A stretch of 64,000 nt of DNA, taken from the NCBI GenBank assembly GCA_963665285.1, contig OY762266.1, positions 685,758 through 749,757 on the forward strand, given 5' to 3'. This DNA is from Candidatus Poribacteria bacterium (GTDB taxonomy: Bacteria; Poribacteria; WGA-4E; PCPOR2b). The notes beneath the pieces were generated by a model that was not told the DNA's origin, did not search any database, and saw nothing but the letters and a program-made list of their open reading frames with translations. The position numbers and the translations under genes are program-made. Positions 49,636 through 59,783 of this stretch are shown one piece after another (within the stretch, counting starts at the first letter, position 1; every line of letters starts with the position of its first letter).

Positions 49636-49878
49636 ATGAACCGAAGAGAAACCTTGCTCAACAGAGCTCGGCAAAACCCAAATGGATTGAAATTTAGAGA
49701 GTTTGAACGACTCATGCGCCAATGTGGCTGGACGCAACGCCGTCAGCGAGGGAGCCACCGGGCTTGGTACTCGCCCCGCCAATACAGGATCATTGTTCAA
49801 CCCAGTCGTTCTATGGCTAGAGGTTATCAAGTTCGGCAATTTCTCACACAGTACGATCAGGAGGTAGAAGATGAATAA
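49636..49878 (+). CDS. hicA: HicA-family toxin
   Basis: NP.GLKF.E...GW...RQRGSH...YQVRQF. Confidence 0.85.
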   Translation: MNRRETLLNRARQNPNGLKFREFERLMRQCGWTQRRQRGSHRAWYSPRQYRIIVQPSRSMARGYQVRQFLTQYDQEVEDE

Positions 49879-50230
49879 GAACTGCGACGACTTTGACGGA
49901 TTCGCAATCAATATCTTCCTTGATGAGGATGGTGATTATCTTGCACATCTCGTTGAACTTCCCAATGTCTCGGCTTTCGGGCCGACACCCACCGAGGCAT
50001 TAGTTGAATTAAAAGAAGCGTGGGAGTTAATGAAAGAATGTTACCACGAGGATGGTGTCCCTGTCCCAAAAGCACCGTCGCGGGAAGGATATGAGGGACC
50101 GGTCAACATCCCTGTTGATTCGCAACTTTATCACGCATTGGCGAATGAAGCGGCAACAGCGGGAATGAGCCTATACGCACTTGTAGCACAGAAATTGAAG
50201 TCAATAGAGCCTGTTGTTCAAGAAGGGTAA
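49871..50230 (+). CDS. hicB: HicB-family antitoxin
   Basis: YLA...ELPNVSAFG.T..EAL, P.P, L...A...GMSL; overlaps hicA. Confidence 0.87.
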   Translation: MNKNCDDFDGFAINIFLDEDGDYLAHLVELPNVSAFGPTPTEALVELKEAWELMKECYHEDGVPVPKAPSREGYEGPVNIPVDSQLYHALANEAATAGMSLYALVAQKLKSIEPVVQEG

Positions 50231-50233
50231 AAA

Positions 50234-51412
50234 ATGCGAACATTTATAGCCTGCCTACTATTGGGGGCATTATTGGGAATGATACCTCGTCTGTTACCCG
50301 CACAGCAGAATCAAACCGCACAAGAATCAGACGCGGAAATTGAAGTCCTCAAAAAGCGGATCTCCGGACTCGAAGACCAGCTGCAGACTGTGGAAAATGT
50401 TGAGAAGCTAGATTTGCAAGCGAGACTCGCTGATGCAAACGCGAAACTTGCTAATGCGGAGTTTGGCAAGTTTGAGAGAGAATTGAGGAATTCTAATGAT
50501 GACTGGTTGAGAAACTGGGTTATAATCCTACTAGCGTTTCTATCTGTTGTTGGGGTAGGCGTTTGGTCTTGGCTTAAAAATAGGACTAATCAATTGATAG
50601 AGACTGAAGTTGGAAAGAATATCAAGGGGTTTAAGGAGGCTGTGAAAGCGCAAGATGTAATAAAAAATCAACTAGGGATGTTAGAAAGACAATCTGTAGC
50701 TTCCGTGCTAGAGGGTGTTATTGACTACGATCTTCTGGACAAGAATCATCATCCTGGACACATTAAAGCACTCCGAGAAGAAGCACTTTTACAGGTATTT
50801 GACGATAATGAAACCTATTACCCAATACTTATATATAAAGCGGCAGAAGTTTTGGCAGCTAGGAAATCACCACGATTGATTTGTCCCTTGTTATACCGCT
50901 TAAATTTAGCCGCTGATTCAGACATAGATGCCCGCTATTTTATTAATGTACCACCATTAGCAAGACTACCAAAATGGCATGATGCTGTCAAGTTTCTGGA
51001 ATACATGCACACGCCGGAGGCTTATGAAGGACTCAACAGATTCCTCAACTACCTATTAACAGACAATCCGAAAAGTAAAAATTGGTTCCTACGCGTGGCG
51101 GTGTCTTCACTCGTTCAGGTTGGAATTAAATTGAACATGGGAGACTCGGTTCCCATACTGAAAAGGGCTCTGCTTGATATAGACAATCCTGGACACGAAG
51201 TCCTAAGTAAATTAGTTGAATATTTTGATAGATTCAACGAACCTGCGGAAATAAAAGAAATCCTGATTAACTATCTAGACAATGAGACAGCTAACATGAC
51301 CTTGCCGGAAAAGCAGCTAGCGGATCAATGCTTGCAGCTAGTGCGAAAACACGATCCTGATTTTGCAGAAAATTGGCGAGCCAGTAAGACAGCAGATAAC
51401 AGCCAAGCATAA
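50234..51412 (+). CDS. Hypothetical exported protein (coiled coil, TM, helical C-domain)
   Basis: Signal peptide, heptad region, WVIILLAFLSVVGVGVW TM. Confidence 0.7.
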   Translation: MRTFIACLLLGALLGMIPRLLPAQQNQTAQESDAEIEVLKKRISGLEDQLQTVENVEKLDLQARLADANAKLANAEFGKFERELRNSNDDWLRNWVIILLAFLSVVGVGVWSWLKNRTNQLIETEVGKNIKGFKEAVKAQDVIKNQLGMLERQSVASVLEGVIDYDLLDKNHHPGHIKALREEALLQVFDDNETYYPILIYKAAEVLAARKSPRLICPLLYRLNLAADSDIDARYFINVPPLARLPKWHDAVKFLEYMHTPEAYEGLNRFLNYLLTDNPKSKNWFLRVAVSSLVQVGIKLNMGDSVPILKRALLDIDNPGHEVLSKLVEYFDRFNEPAEIKEILINYLDNETANMTLPEKQLADQCLQLVRKHDPDFAENWRASKTADNSQA

Positions 51413-51422
51413 GGAATCCTAG

Positions 51423-53759
51423 ATGTTTGAACAATTACTAAAATACCCAATCGACATCTTCCGTCAGGGGGATTTCTATTTCGGGATCCGCTTGCCGGGG
51501 CTCATTCTGTTCCTGATCTTTGTTGGCTTGATTGCAGCGTCGATCTGGGCGTATCGAACGACGCAGGGACGGACACATCGGGGATTCCGTGGCTTTCTTA
51601 TCTTCCTCCGTACCCTCGCACTCTGTGGATTGGCGTTCTGTCTGCTCAAGCCCTTTGTGACGGTCTACCAAACCAGTCCGGACGATTCCTACCTCGCGGT
51701 GTTGTTGGATGAATCGAAAAGTATGCAGGTGACCGATTCCGTGAATCAGGAATCCCGTCTGAGCAGCGTGAACAATCTGCTCTTTGATCCTGAAGGCGGG
51801 ATCCTCAATTTGCTCAACGAGAAGTTCAAGACACGGCTTTTCTCCTTTTCTGATGTTCCTAAACGGATGACTCCCGCTGCGTTGGCAGAAGCAAATGGCG
51901 AAACCACGGATATCCCCGCTGCGCTGAATGACACATTGGACAATCTGCAAGGTGTGCCGCTATCGGGCGTCGTGATATTCTCCGATGGTGCAGATGCGAG
52001 TGGCGAAGATATCACCAAACTTGCGTTTGGGATGCGCGATCGCAAGGTGCCGGTGCACACAGTCGGGATCGGCTCACCGGAAGGAATCAAAGATATTGAG
52101 GTGGTAAAAGTTGATGCCCCACGGACGGCAGAAGAGGATTTCCCAGTCGAGATTTGGGCGACCATCCGCCGCAAGGGCTACGGTCCACGGGAGGTAACAT
52201 TGAGGCTCAGGGATGAAAATCGTGTCGTTAAGACGTTCAATGTCAATCTCAACAAAGAACGTCCGACCCGGCGCATACGCATCAAGTTTATTCCCCGGAA
52301 TCCGGGGACGCAGAAGTATATGGTAGAAATCCCGGCTGAAACCGACGAAGCTGTTCCGCAAAACAACACCAAGAAGTTTCTGTTAAAAGTTGCGCCCAGC
52401 AAGCGCGTAAAGATTTTATACGTTGAGGGCGGACTACGCAGGGAAATTGGAATCATCAGGCGTGCCTTGGAGAACGATCCAAATATCCAATTGACACTTC
52501 GATACTTCACCTCTGAGACCACTATCGGAGGCGCGAGTGACGGTACTGGACATAAATTCGATCTCTATCCAACCTCGAAAGAGGTGCTCTTTGATTACGA
52601 CGCAATTATTCTTGGAAACATAGCGGCATCAAAATTTACGAGACAACAACTTGAAAACACAGTTGAGTTTATCCGGACACGAGGCGGCGGATTCTTGATG
52701 CTTGGTGGGAAGCATTCGCTGGGCAATCACAATATGGAAGATTCCTACATCAATACACCGATTGCGCAGGTGCTTCCGGTCGAGCTTGAGTTGGGAACGC
52801 CACCAGCCCCGTCCCCGCCGATACGCAGGTTTTCGGCTCCGCCGCAACGGGGTCGGAGGTCTTCGATTCCGAAATACGCGCTACAGTTGACCGCCGAAGG
52901 GAAGGCAGATCCGTTGATGGCTCTAGCGGACGAACCACGCGAGAATGTAACGGTTTGGGAACGATTGCCGACCTTAGCTGGCTATAGCCGGGTGCAGCGT
53001 GCCAAAGCGGGGGCTACGGTCCTCGCTGTGCATCCCACGGACCGCAATGAATTCGGCAATCGGATCCTCATCGCAACCCACAACTACAACGCCGGTCGGG
53101 TCATGGTCTTCACGCCTGTCAGTCCGTGGAACTGGCAGATGCACCTATCACATGAAGATGATAGCCATGAACGCTTCTGGCGGCAAACGGCGAAGTGGCT
53201 GACAACCGTGCAGAAGGATCAGCTCAAGCTGGATATCCCAAAGACCTCCTACGCCCTGAAGGAAGCGGTGATTATCAACGCAACCGCTTACAACCACCAA
53301 TTTGAATTGACGAATCAAGCGAAAGTCCGCGCTATCATTACAGACGAAAATGGCAGAAAACGGGAACTCTCACTTGAGCAGGTGCTTGGGCAGGACGGAT
53401 CATATACGGCACGCTTTATCCCGCCTCGGCGTGGCGAGTATCGGGTGACGCTGGTCGGTACGTTAGGCGGTAAAAGTCTCGGTGAGCAGAGCGGTCTCTT
53501 TGAGGTTGCCGAATCCTACGCTGAGTTCACAAACGCAGAACTCAATGCACAATTGCTGCAAACGCTTGCCAATACCAGTGGTGGCAGGTATTATACCCTC
53601 GAAGATGCGTCACAGATGGTGAACCACATCCCGTTAGTCGAGAGTGCAACGTCGCAGCTCGTTGACGAGGAGGTGTGGGACATGCCACTCATTTTTGCAA
53701 TTGTCATCTTCCTGTTCGGGCTAGAGTGGTTTTTACGTAAACGACGCGGTTTGGCATAA
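51423..53759 (+). CDS. Membrane protein with VWA-like and glutamine amidotransferase-like (DUF1355) domains
   Basis: LLDESKSM, FSDG, GGGFLMLGG, GRVM, FWRQ, LEWFLRKRRGLA. Confidence 0.8.
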   Translation: MFEQLLKYPIDIFRQGDFYFGIRLPGLILFLIFVGLIAASIWAYRTTQGRTHRGFRGFLIFLRTLALCGLAFCLLKPFVTVYQTSPDDSYLAVLLDESKSMQVTDSVNQESRLSSVNNLLFDPEGGILNLLNEKFKTRLFSFSDVPKRMTPAALAEANGETTDIPAALNDTLDNLQGVPLSGVVIFSDGADASGEDITKLAFGMRDRKVPVHTVGIGSPEGIKDIEVVKVDAPRTAEEDFPVEIWATIRRKGYGPREVTLRLRDENRVVKTFNVNLNKERPTRRIRIKFIPRNPGTQKYMVEIPAETDEAVPQNNTKKFLLKVAPSKRVKILYVEGGLRREIGIIRRALENDPNIQLTLRYFTSETTIGGASDGTGHKFDLYPTSKEVLFDYDAIILGNIAASKFTRQQLENTVEFIRTRGGGFLMLGGKHSLGNHNMEDSYINTPIAQVLPVELELGTPPAPSPPIRRFSAPPQRGRRSSIPKYALQLTAEGKADPLMALADEPRENVTVWERLPTLAGYSRVQRAKAGATVLAVHPTDRNEFGNRILIATHNYNAGRVMVFTPVSPWNWQMHLSHEDDSHERFWRQTAKWLTTVQKDQLKLDIPKTSYALKEAVIINATAYNHQFELTNQAKVRAIITDENGRKRELSLEQVLGQDGSYTARFIPPRRGEYRVTLVGTLGGKSLGEQSGLFEVAESYAEFTNAELNAQLLQTLANTSGGRYYTLEDASQMVNHIPLVESATSQLVDEEVWDMPLIFAIVIFLFGLEWFLRKRRGLA

Positions 53760-53779
53760 TAAGATCAGATTACCGTAAC

Positions 53780-53906
53780 ATAACCCAAGTTGCTAGTTAT
53801 GGGCAGCGCGTAAAAGTTATAGTAAGCGTCGAGTATGGAAAATCGACCTACAGGTTAAGCGTAGCGAAATCCGGTTCTATCGGGGTTGTCTAGCAGCTTG
53901 CGTTAA
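53780..53906. repeat. MITE-like family B copy, uninterrupted
   Basis: ATAACCCAAGTTGCTA...TAGCAGCTTGCGTTAA termini with an internal REP. Confidence 0.7.
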
Positions 53907-53934
53907 CATATCAAAAATAGAAGGAGCTACCACA

Positions 53935-55131
53935 TTGAATCAGAATCTACCAGACGCAACAGGGCATTTCGGCGAATTCGGTGGCAGATACGCCCCGGAG
54001 ACGTTAATGTCCCCACTACTAGAGCTAGAAGACGCCTATATGTCCCTGAGAGAGGACTCCGATTTCCAAGAGGAATTTGAATATTACCTCCGCGAATATG
54101 TCGGGCGTCCCAACCCGCTATATTACGCCGAGGGTCTGACCCAAGCACTCGGTGGGGCAAAAATCTACCTGAAGCGGGAAGATCTGAATCACACAGGCGC
54201 GCACAAGATCAACAACACCATCGGACAGATCTTGCTTGCCCGACGGATGGGAAAAGATCGGATCATCGCTGAGACAGGTGCCGGACAACACGGCGTCGCG
54301 ACCGCAACCGTGGCAGCAAAGTTCGATATGGAATGCGAAGTCTATATGGGCGAGGAAGATATAGTGAGACAAGCCCTGAACGTTTTTCGCATGAGGTTGT
54401 TGGGTACAACGGTGACGCCGGTCAACTCTGGCTCATGTACCCTCAAGGACGCAATCAACGCGGCTTTCCGCGATTGGGTGACGAATGTTCGGACGACATA
54501 CTATCTAATTGGATCGGTCGTGGGACCCCACCCGTATCCGATGATCGTCCGAGATTTTCAAGCCGTCATCGGTCAGGAAGCGAGATCGCAGACCCTAGAG
54601 CAAACGGGACGATTACCAGATTATGTGGTTGCCTGTGTCGGCGGCGGCAGCAACTCGATAGGTATGTTTTACCCATTTTATGCGGATAGCAGTGTAAAGC
54701 TAGTCGGCGTTGAAGCGGCGGGGGAAAGTATACTCAGCGGCAGACACGCAGCGACCATTAGTGCCGGCAGCATTGGCGTGTTTCACGGTGCGAAGTGTTA
54801 CCTACTACAGGAAGATGACGGGCAGATCACGCCTGCACACTCGATTTCGGCGGGTTTGGATTATCCCGGTGTTGGTCCCGAACATAGCTTCTACAAGGCA
54901 ACGGGTCGCGCCGATTATGTCTCAGTCACTGATGAGGAATCGGTCGAAGGGTTCAAACTACTGTCGGAAACGGAAGGGATTATCCCTGCGCTAGAAGCGG
55001 CTCACGCGATGGCTTACATCCGCAAGCTCGCACCGACACTCGATCGAGACCAAACCATCGTCCTCTGTCTCTCTGGACGTGGGGATAAAGATGTGTACAC
55101 CATCGCCAAAGTGCTCGGCGTAGAACTGTAG
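53935..55131 (+). CDS. trpB: Tryptophan synthase beta chain (TTG start)
   Basis: [53 protein letters not shown]. Confidence 0.97.
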   Translation: MNQNLPDATGHFGEFGGRYAPETLMSPLLELEDAYMSLREDSDFQEEFEYYLREYVGRPNPLYYAEGLTQALGGAKIYLKREDLNHTGAHKINNTIGQILLARRMGKDRIIAETGAGQHGVATATVAAKFDMECEVYMGEEDIVRQALNVFRMRLLGTTVTPVNSGSCTLKDAINAAFRDWVTNVRTTYYLIGSVVGPHPYPMIVRDFQAVIGQEARSQTLEQTGRLPDYVVACVGGGSNSIGMFYPFYADSSVKLVGVEAAGESILSGRHAATISAGSIGVFHGAKCYLLQEDDGQITPAHSISAGLDYPGVGPEHSFYKATGRADYVSVTDEESVEGFKLLSETEGIIPALEAAHAMAYIRKLAPTLDRDQTIVLCLSGRGDKDVYTIAKVLGVEL

Positions 55132-55170
55132 CGGAACGAACCCGATTCTCAAGGCATGAGATATAACAAA

Positions 55171-55625
55171 TTATGATAACGCAAGTTGCTACTTATAGGG
55201 AACACATCAATCTCTATAAATTTAACGGTGCTCACAGGTCAACGGAAATGGGAACAATCATTATTTTCCGCTTGGAATTGAGCGAAAAGTAACGCGCAAT
55301 GAATTGCGCTACTACGAACCCATATGCGCAGTTACATGCTGCAAAGCGACTGCGGATTAGCAAATCTCTGGCTACGAGAGGGTGGTTACGGCATAGGGAG
55401 CCTCGTATCGGAATTCAGGGCAATATGCAACTTCCGTTATGATAACCTAAGTTGCTAGTTATTGGAAATCCATCAGAACATGTAGGTCGAGATTCATATC
55501 TCGACACCAAACCGTCGATTATGGAAAATCGACCTACAGAAATGATACAATTTGCACAAACATGAGGGGCTATTGGTTTGAATATGCGGCTACTAGCAAC
55601 TTACGTTATGATAACGTAACCTGTA
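55171..55625. repeat. Head-to-tail family B shells joined by TTATGATAAC
   Basis: Junctions at 55171, 55437 and 55606; units 55176-55440 and 55442-55609 have different interiors. Confidence 0.72.
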
Positions 55626-55664
55626 GCGACCGTTGAGTCTGGCACAGCGAGGACAGAGCAGCCC

Positions 55665-57380
55665 ATGGCTAAAGGTGAAGGTTTCTCCATAACCGTTGAG
55701 CAGGATGTCCCCACCGAAATGCGCGACGGCGTACTGCTACGGTCAGACATATATCGGCCTATCGGAGCGGCAGCCTGTCCGGTGTTGCTGTGTCGCACAC
55801 CGTATGACAAGAGTCAAAACACCTACATCCAGATTGCGCGGGCGTTGGCTTCCAACGGTTACATCGCTGTCGTCCAAGACATCCGGGGGCGTGGCATCTC
55901 CGATGGAGAGTATTTCTGGCAGTTTCAGAACAACGCCGAAACCTTCGACGCACAGGACGGCTACGATACCGTCGAATGGGCAGCGGGTATCCCCGGCAGC
56001 GACGGACAGGTTGGAACATGGGGACACTCCTACCCGTCGTGGTGTATCTGGCGAGTCGCTGGAACGCAGCCTCCCTCCCTTAAAGCACTGTTTGCGAGTG
56101 GTATGTCGGCACGGCTGCTTGATCTGAACTTTGGCATATTTGAAACAGGGCGTCGCCTCCAGTGGACGCACAAGATGGCGGTCAATGCACGTCGCCGGGT
56201 AGGGGACGAGTTCGGACCCAGATCCGAGGAGGAAGCCGATGCCCAGTGGTACGAGGTGGAACGAGGAAAGTGGATCTGGTATCTGCCGTTAGACGATCTA
56301 CCTGATTATCTGTTTTCCACCCTAACTCCACTCCTCAAAACCTATCTCAGGGAGCAGGATAAGGAGTTCTGGGCGTTCCAAGAAATTTATCACAAGGTCA
56401 ACGTCCCGACATGTCAGTTGACAGGTTGGTATGACCGACTGATCGGGACGGTTGACAACTTCACAGGAATGGTAAGAGAAGGTCCCCAATCCCTCCGAAA
56501 CCAGCACCGGTTGATCGTAGGTCCGTGGGGACATAATAGCAATAATCTAACTCGGATTCAAGGACCACTCGACTTCGGTCCTGATGCAGACACCACTTAC
56601 CCTCAAGAGGTAGCTCGATGGTACGATTACCGCCTCAAGGGGGTTGACAATGGGATTGAATCTGAGCCGCCCGTGAAGCTATTCATCATGGGCGAAAACA
56701 GGTGGCGTTATGAGGATGAGTGGCCCCCTGCTCGTGCACAATACACTGAATTTTTCCTGCATAGCGATGGCTCCGCCAACACCGTGCGCGGCGATGGTAT
56801 ACTTTCTGTCTCCGAACCCACGGACGAGTCACCGGATGCGTATGACTATGATCCCAGGGATCCGGTGATGAGCCTGATGGGAATTGACGCACAAGCGGCA
56901 CCGAGAGATCAGTCCCCACTGGATGGAAGGGCGGATATTCTGGTCTACCAAACGCCGCCACTTCAAGAAGATATTGAGGTGACGGGACCGGTAGTGCTGA
57001 AGCTATGGGCGGCATCAAGCGCACCCGACACCGACTTCACCGCCAAGCTGATTGATGTGCACCCCAACGGATTAGCGGTAAACCTCACATACGGCATCAT
57101 GCGAGCACGATATCGGGACGGTTACGACAATCCGAACCTGATCGAACCGGGGCAGCCTTATGAATACACCATCCGCCTCAATCCAACCGGTATCTTGTTC
57201 CGGCGGGGACATCGAATTCGCCTTGATGTGTCAAGTTCTGATTTCCCCAACTTTGATCGCAATCACAACACCGGCGCAGATTTCTGGTCAGATACGGAGC
57301 TGCGGGTCGCGCATCAAACCGTGTTCCACAGTACGGAGTATCCGTCCCGACTCATTTTGCCGGTCATACCGAGATCTTGA
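55665..57380 (+). CDS. CocE/NonD family hydrolase
   Basis: MRDGV.L, RTPY, QDIRGRG.SDG, DGYDTVEW, GHSY, GPWGH, SSSDFPNFDRN. Confidence 0.92.
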   Translation: MAKGEGFSITVEQDVPTEMRDGVLLRSDIYRPIGAAACPVLLCRTPYDKSQNTYIQIARALASNGYIAVVQDIRGRGISDGEYFWQFQNNAETFDAQDGYDTVEWAAGIPGSDGQVGTWGHSYPSWCIWRVAGTQPPSLKALFASGMSARLLDLNFGIFETGRRLQWTHKMAVNARRRVGDEFGPRSEEEADAQWYEVERGKWIWYLPLDDLPDYLFSTLTPLLKTYLREQDKEFWAFQEIYHKVNVPTCQLTGWYDRLIGTVDNFTGMVREGPQSLRNQHRLIVGPWGHNSNNLTRIQGPLDFGPDADTTYPQEVARWYDYRLKGVDNGIESEPPVKLFIMGENRWRYEDEWPPARAQYTEFFLHSDGSANTVRGDGILSVSEPTDESPDAYDYDPRDPVMSLMGIDAQAAPRDQSPLDGRADILVYQTPPLQEDIEVTGPVVLKLWAASSAPDTDFTAKLIDVHPNGLAVNLTYGIMRARYRDGYDNPNLIEPGQPYEYTIRLNPTGILFRRGHRIRLDVSSSDFPNFDRNHNTGADFWSDTELRVAHQTVFHSTEYPSRLILPVIPRS

Positions 57381-57412
57381 CGAAAACCATACAGAGGGAA
57401 CTTAGGGGCATT

Positions 57413-58022
57413 TATGGTAGATTTTAGAATTGTGGTAGATTATAGAATTACTTAGACATTGCCGATGCACATGTACAGATTAGGCAATCTGTACCCACAA
57501 ACAACCCCCTAAATCCCCCTTATCAGGGGGACTTTGGGAAACGTTCACTTATTTGTCTAATGCACCATAATTAGACCCTCCAAACCGGTGCGGTGTCTAA
57601 TCAGAGAAAACGGGAAAACGGGAAAACCAGAAAACGAGACACGTTTGGTAGGCACTGTTTCCAACAGTGCCTATGCGGTGCGGTTGGAAACCGCACCTAC
57701 CGGGTGGGCGAAAGTGTCTTGGTAGATTATAGAATTACTTAGACACTGCCGATGCAGATGTACAGATTAGGCAATCTGTACCCACAAACAACCCCCTAAA
57801 TCCCCCTTGTCAGGGGGACTTTGGGAAATGTCCACTTATTTCTCTAATTCACCATAATTCTCTGATATAATTGTCTGAATCACGGATAAAAGCTGGTATC
57901 GGGGGCTAGGGTAAGAACGCGCAATGAATTGCGCTACTACAAACGGCGGGGCATCTTGCCCCGCCTACGGATTTGGGTCATCTCGAAATTGGTCAAAAAA
58001 CGGAAAACTGAATAGCCCTATA
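57413..58022. repeat. Intergenic mosaic with two family-A copies (57431-57569, 57719-57856) and REPs
   Basis: Direct match to 25250-25415; GAAAACGG-type 8-mer x4; GGTGCGGTTGGAAACCGCACCTAC. Confidence 0.78.
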
Positions 58023-58057
58023 GGGAACTCCCGTTTGATTGATTTGAGGAGAAATTA

Positions 58058-59242
58058 ATGATAGATGGGCCACGTGCATGTCGAGCATCGGATTTTGAAG
58101 AGATCATTGCCCTGATCAATCAGGTGTTCAGAGCAGGGACAAACCAAGATATTCGCACGGACTATCCGTTGGTATTTAACCGTGCAAAAATGGAGTACAT
58201 GCGTATCCTCAAGGTGGACGGAGTGGTCGTTGCCCATGTGCCGGTCTGGCTACGCGAGGCTGTTGTAGGGGAGGACAGTGTGGGGATTGGCATTATCAGC
58301 CCCACCGTTACGCACCCTGATTACCGCAGACGTGGATACGCCACTCGCTGCCTTCGGGACTGTATCCGCATCATGGAGGATGAGGGTGTGCCCGTGTCCG
58401 TACTATGGACGTTGGAGGCGACGTTTCCCTTCTATCAGCAGTCCGGTTGGGAGGCGGTTGGATCGCAGGGCTGGCTCTATCAGCTTCGCCCGGAGGAACA
58501 CACGCTATTCGAGAGTGGAACTTTTGACATAGTTCAATACGATCCAAGGAACGCTGATTGGTTTAATGCAATGATGAAACTCCACGATGCGGAACCGCAC
58601 CGAATCGCCCGTACTTGCGAGGAATACCACGCACTTTTTTCTCTGCCTCAAACAACAACCTTCTTGGCGATGAATGGAAGGGAAATGGTTGCTTATCTAA
58701 TGTTCGGAGAGGGAACAAACAAACCCGGATTGATTGAAGGTGAGGGCGATATGGCAGGGCTAGAGACGCTGGTCAGGCATGCGTTGTTGGAACGAGAAGC
58801 CGACTCGGAAATCCAGGTGCTTTTGCCGCTAGTCTCATCAAATCTAGGACAACTTATAGAGGAGAAGAAACCGGGTAGCGGACGACCTATTGAGGAAGCC
58901 AAAGGTGTGGGATATCAGATGATGCGCGTCAATAGCCTTGAGAAACTGTTAAGGCAAATTGAGAATCACCTGCGCAGTAGGTCAACCGGACTGCACGGGA
59001 TTATCTGCCTTGTCTGCCGTGAAACCGACGAAACTGTAACTCTCAGGTTCCGCGATGGGGAGGTTGATCTTTCGACAAAGCGATTAACAGAAACTGTGGT
59101 ATTAACCCGCCGTGAACTAACGCAACTGATTTTTGGTTCGCATCCCGATGCCCCGTCGCTTGAATTTAGTGGCGGAACGGGTGAGATCCTGAGTACAATA
59201 TTCCCAGTCTATGTCCCAATCTGGGAGTTAGATCATTCCTAA
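58058..59242 (+). CDS. GNAT acetyltransferase, Eis-like with SCP2-type C-domain
   Basis: THPDYRRRGYA, FYQQSGW, RVNSLEKLL, LTQLIFG. Confidence 0.8.
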   Translation: MIDGPRACRASDFEEIIALINQVFRAGTNQDIRTDYPLVFNRAKMEYMRILKVDGVVVAHVPVWLREAVVGEDSVGIGIISPTVTHPDYRRRGYATRCLRDCIRIMEDEGVPVSVLWTLEATFPFYQQSGWEAVGSQGWLYQLRPEEHTLFESGTFDIVQYDPRNADWFNAMMKLHDAEPHRIARTCEEYHALFSLPQTTTFLAMNGREMVAYLMFGEGTNKPGLIEGEGDMAGLETLVRHALLEREADSEIQVLLPLVSSNLGQLIEEKKPGSGRPIEEAKGVGYQMMRVNSLEKLLRQIENHLRSRSTGLHGIICLVCRETDETVTLRFRDGEVDLSTKRLTETVVLTRRELTQLIFGSHPDAPSLEFSGGTGEILSTIFPVYVPIWELDHS

Positions 59243-59264
59243 TCTTGAAGCGAGGCCTAAAAAA

Positions 59265-59783
59265 ATGGCGGCTAGGGAAATTTTGCTGCTGGGAAACCCC
59301 AAACTTTTTGAAAAGTGCGAACCTGTACAAGAGACGCAGCTGGAACAGATAAAACCTATTATCCAAGATCTGCACGACACGTTGATGGCTTTCAGGGAAA
59401 AATATAACGCAGGACGCGCCATCGCCGCACCGCAAATCGGTGCAATGAAGCGGGTGGTCTACATGCACACTGGGGAGCCGGTGGTCTTTATCAACCCTGT
59501 CTTAGATCTCAAAAGCGCGGAGATGATGGAACTCTGGGATGACTGTATGAGTTTTCCCGAACTCCTTGTGAAGGTACACCGTCATCAACGGTGTCGGATT
59601 ACGTATCGAGATGAGAACTGGGACAAACAGAGTATGGTGCTTGAGGGAGATCTCTCGGAACTCTTGCAGCACGAGGTTGACCATCTCCACGGTACATTGG
59701 CGGTGCAGCGAGCAATCGATCGCAGATCTTTCGCACTTAGAAGCCAGCGACAGTTCTTGAACCAAGAAAGGAAAACGGAGTGA
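59265..59783 (+). CDS. def: Peptide deformylase family protein
   Basis: AIAAPQIG, DDCMSFP (variant of EGCLS), QHEVDHLHG. Confidence 0.82.
   Translation: MAAREILLLGNPKLFEKCEPVQETQLEQIKPIIQDLHDTLMAFREKYNAGRAIAAPQIGAMKRVVYMHTGEPVVFINPVLDLKSAEMMELWDDCMSFPELLVKVHRHQRCRITYRDENWDKQSMVLEGDLSELLQHEVDHLHGTLAVQRAIDRRSFALRSQRQFLNQERKTE

Noticed and set aside
53935-55131. trpB without adjacent trpA
   Set aside because: Dispersed trp genes are common and the protein looks canonical.
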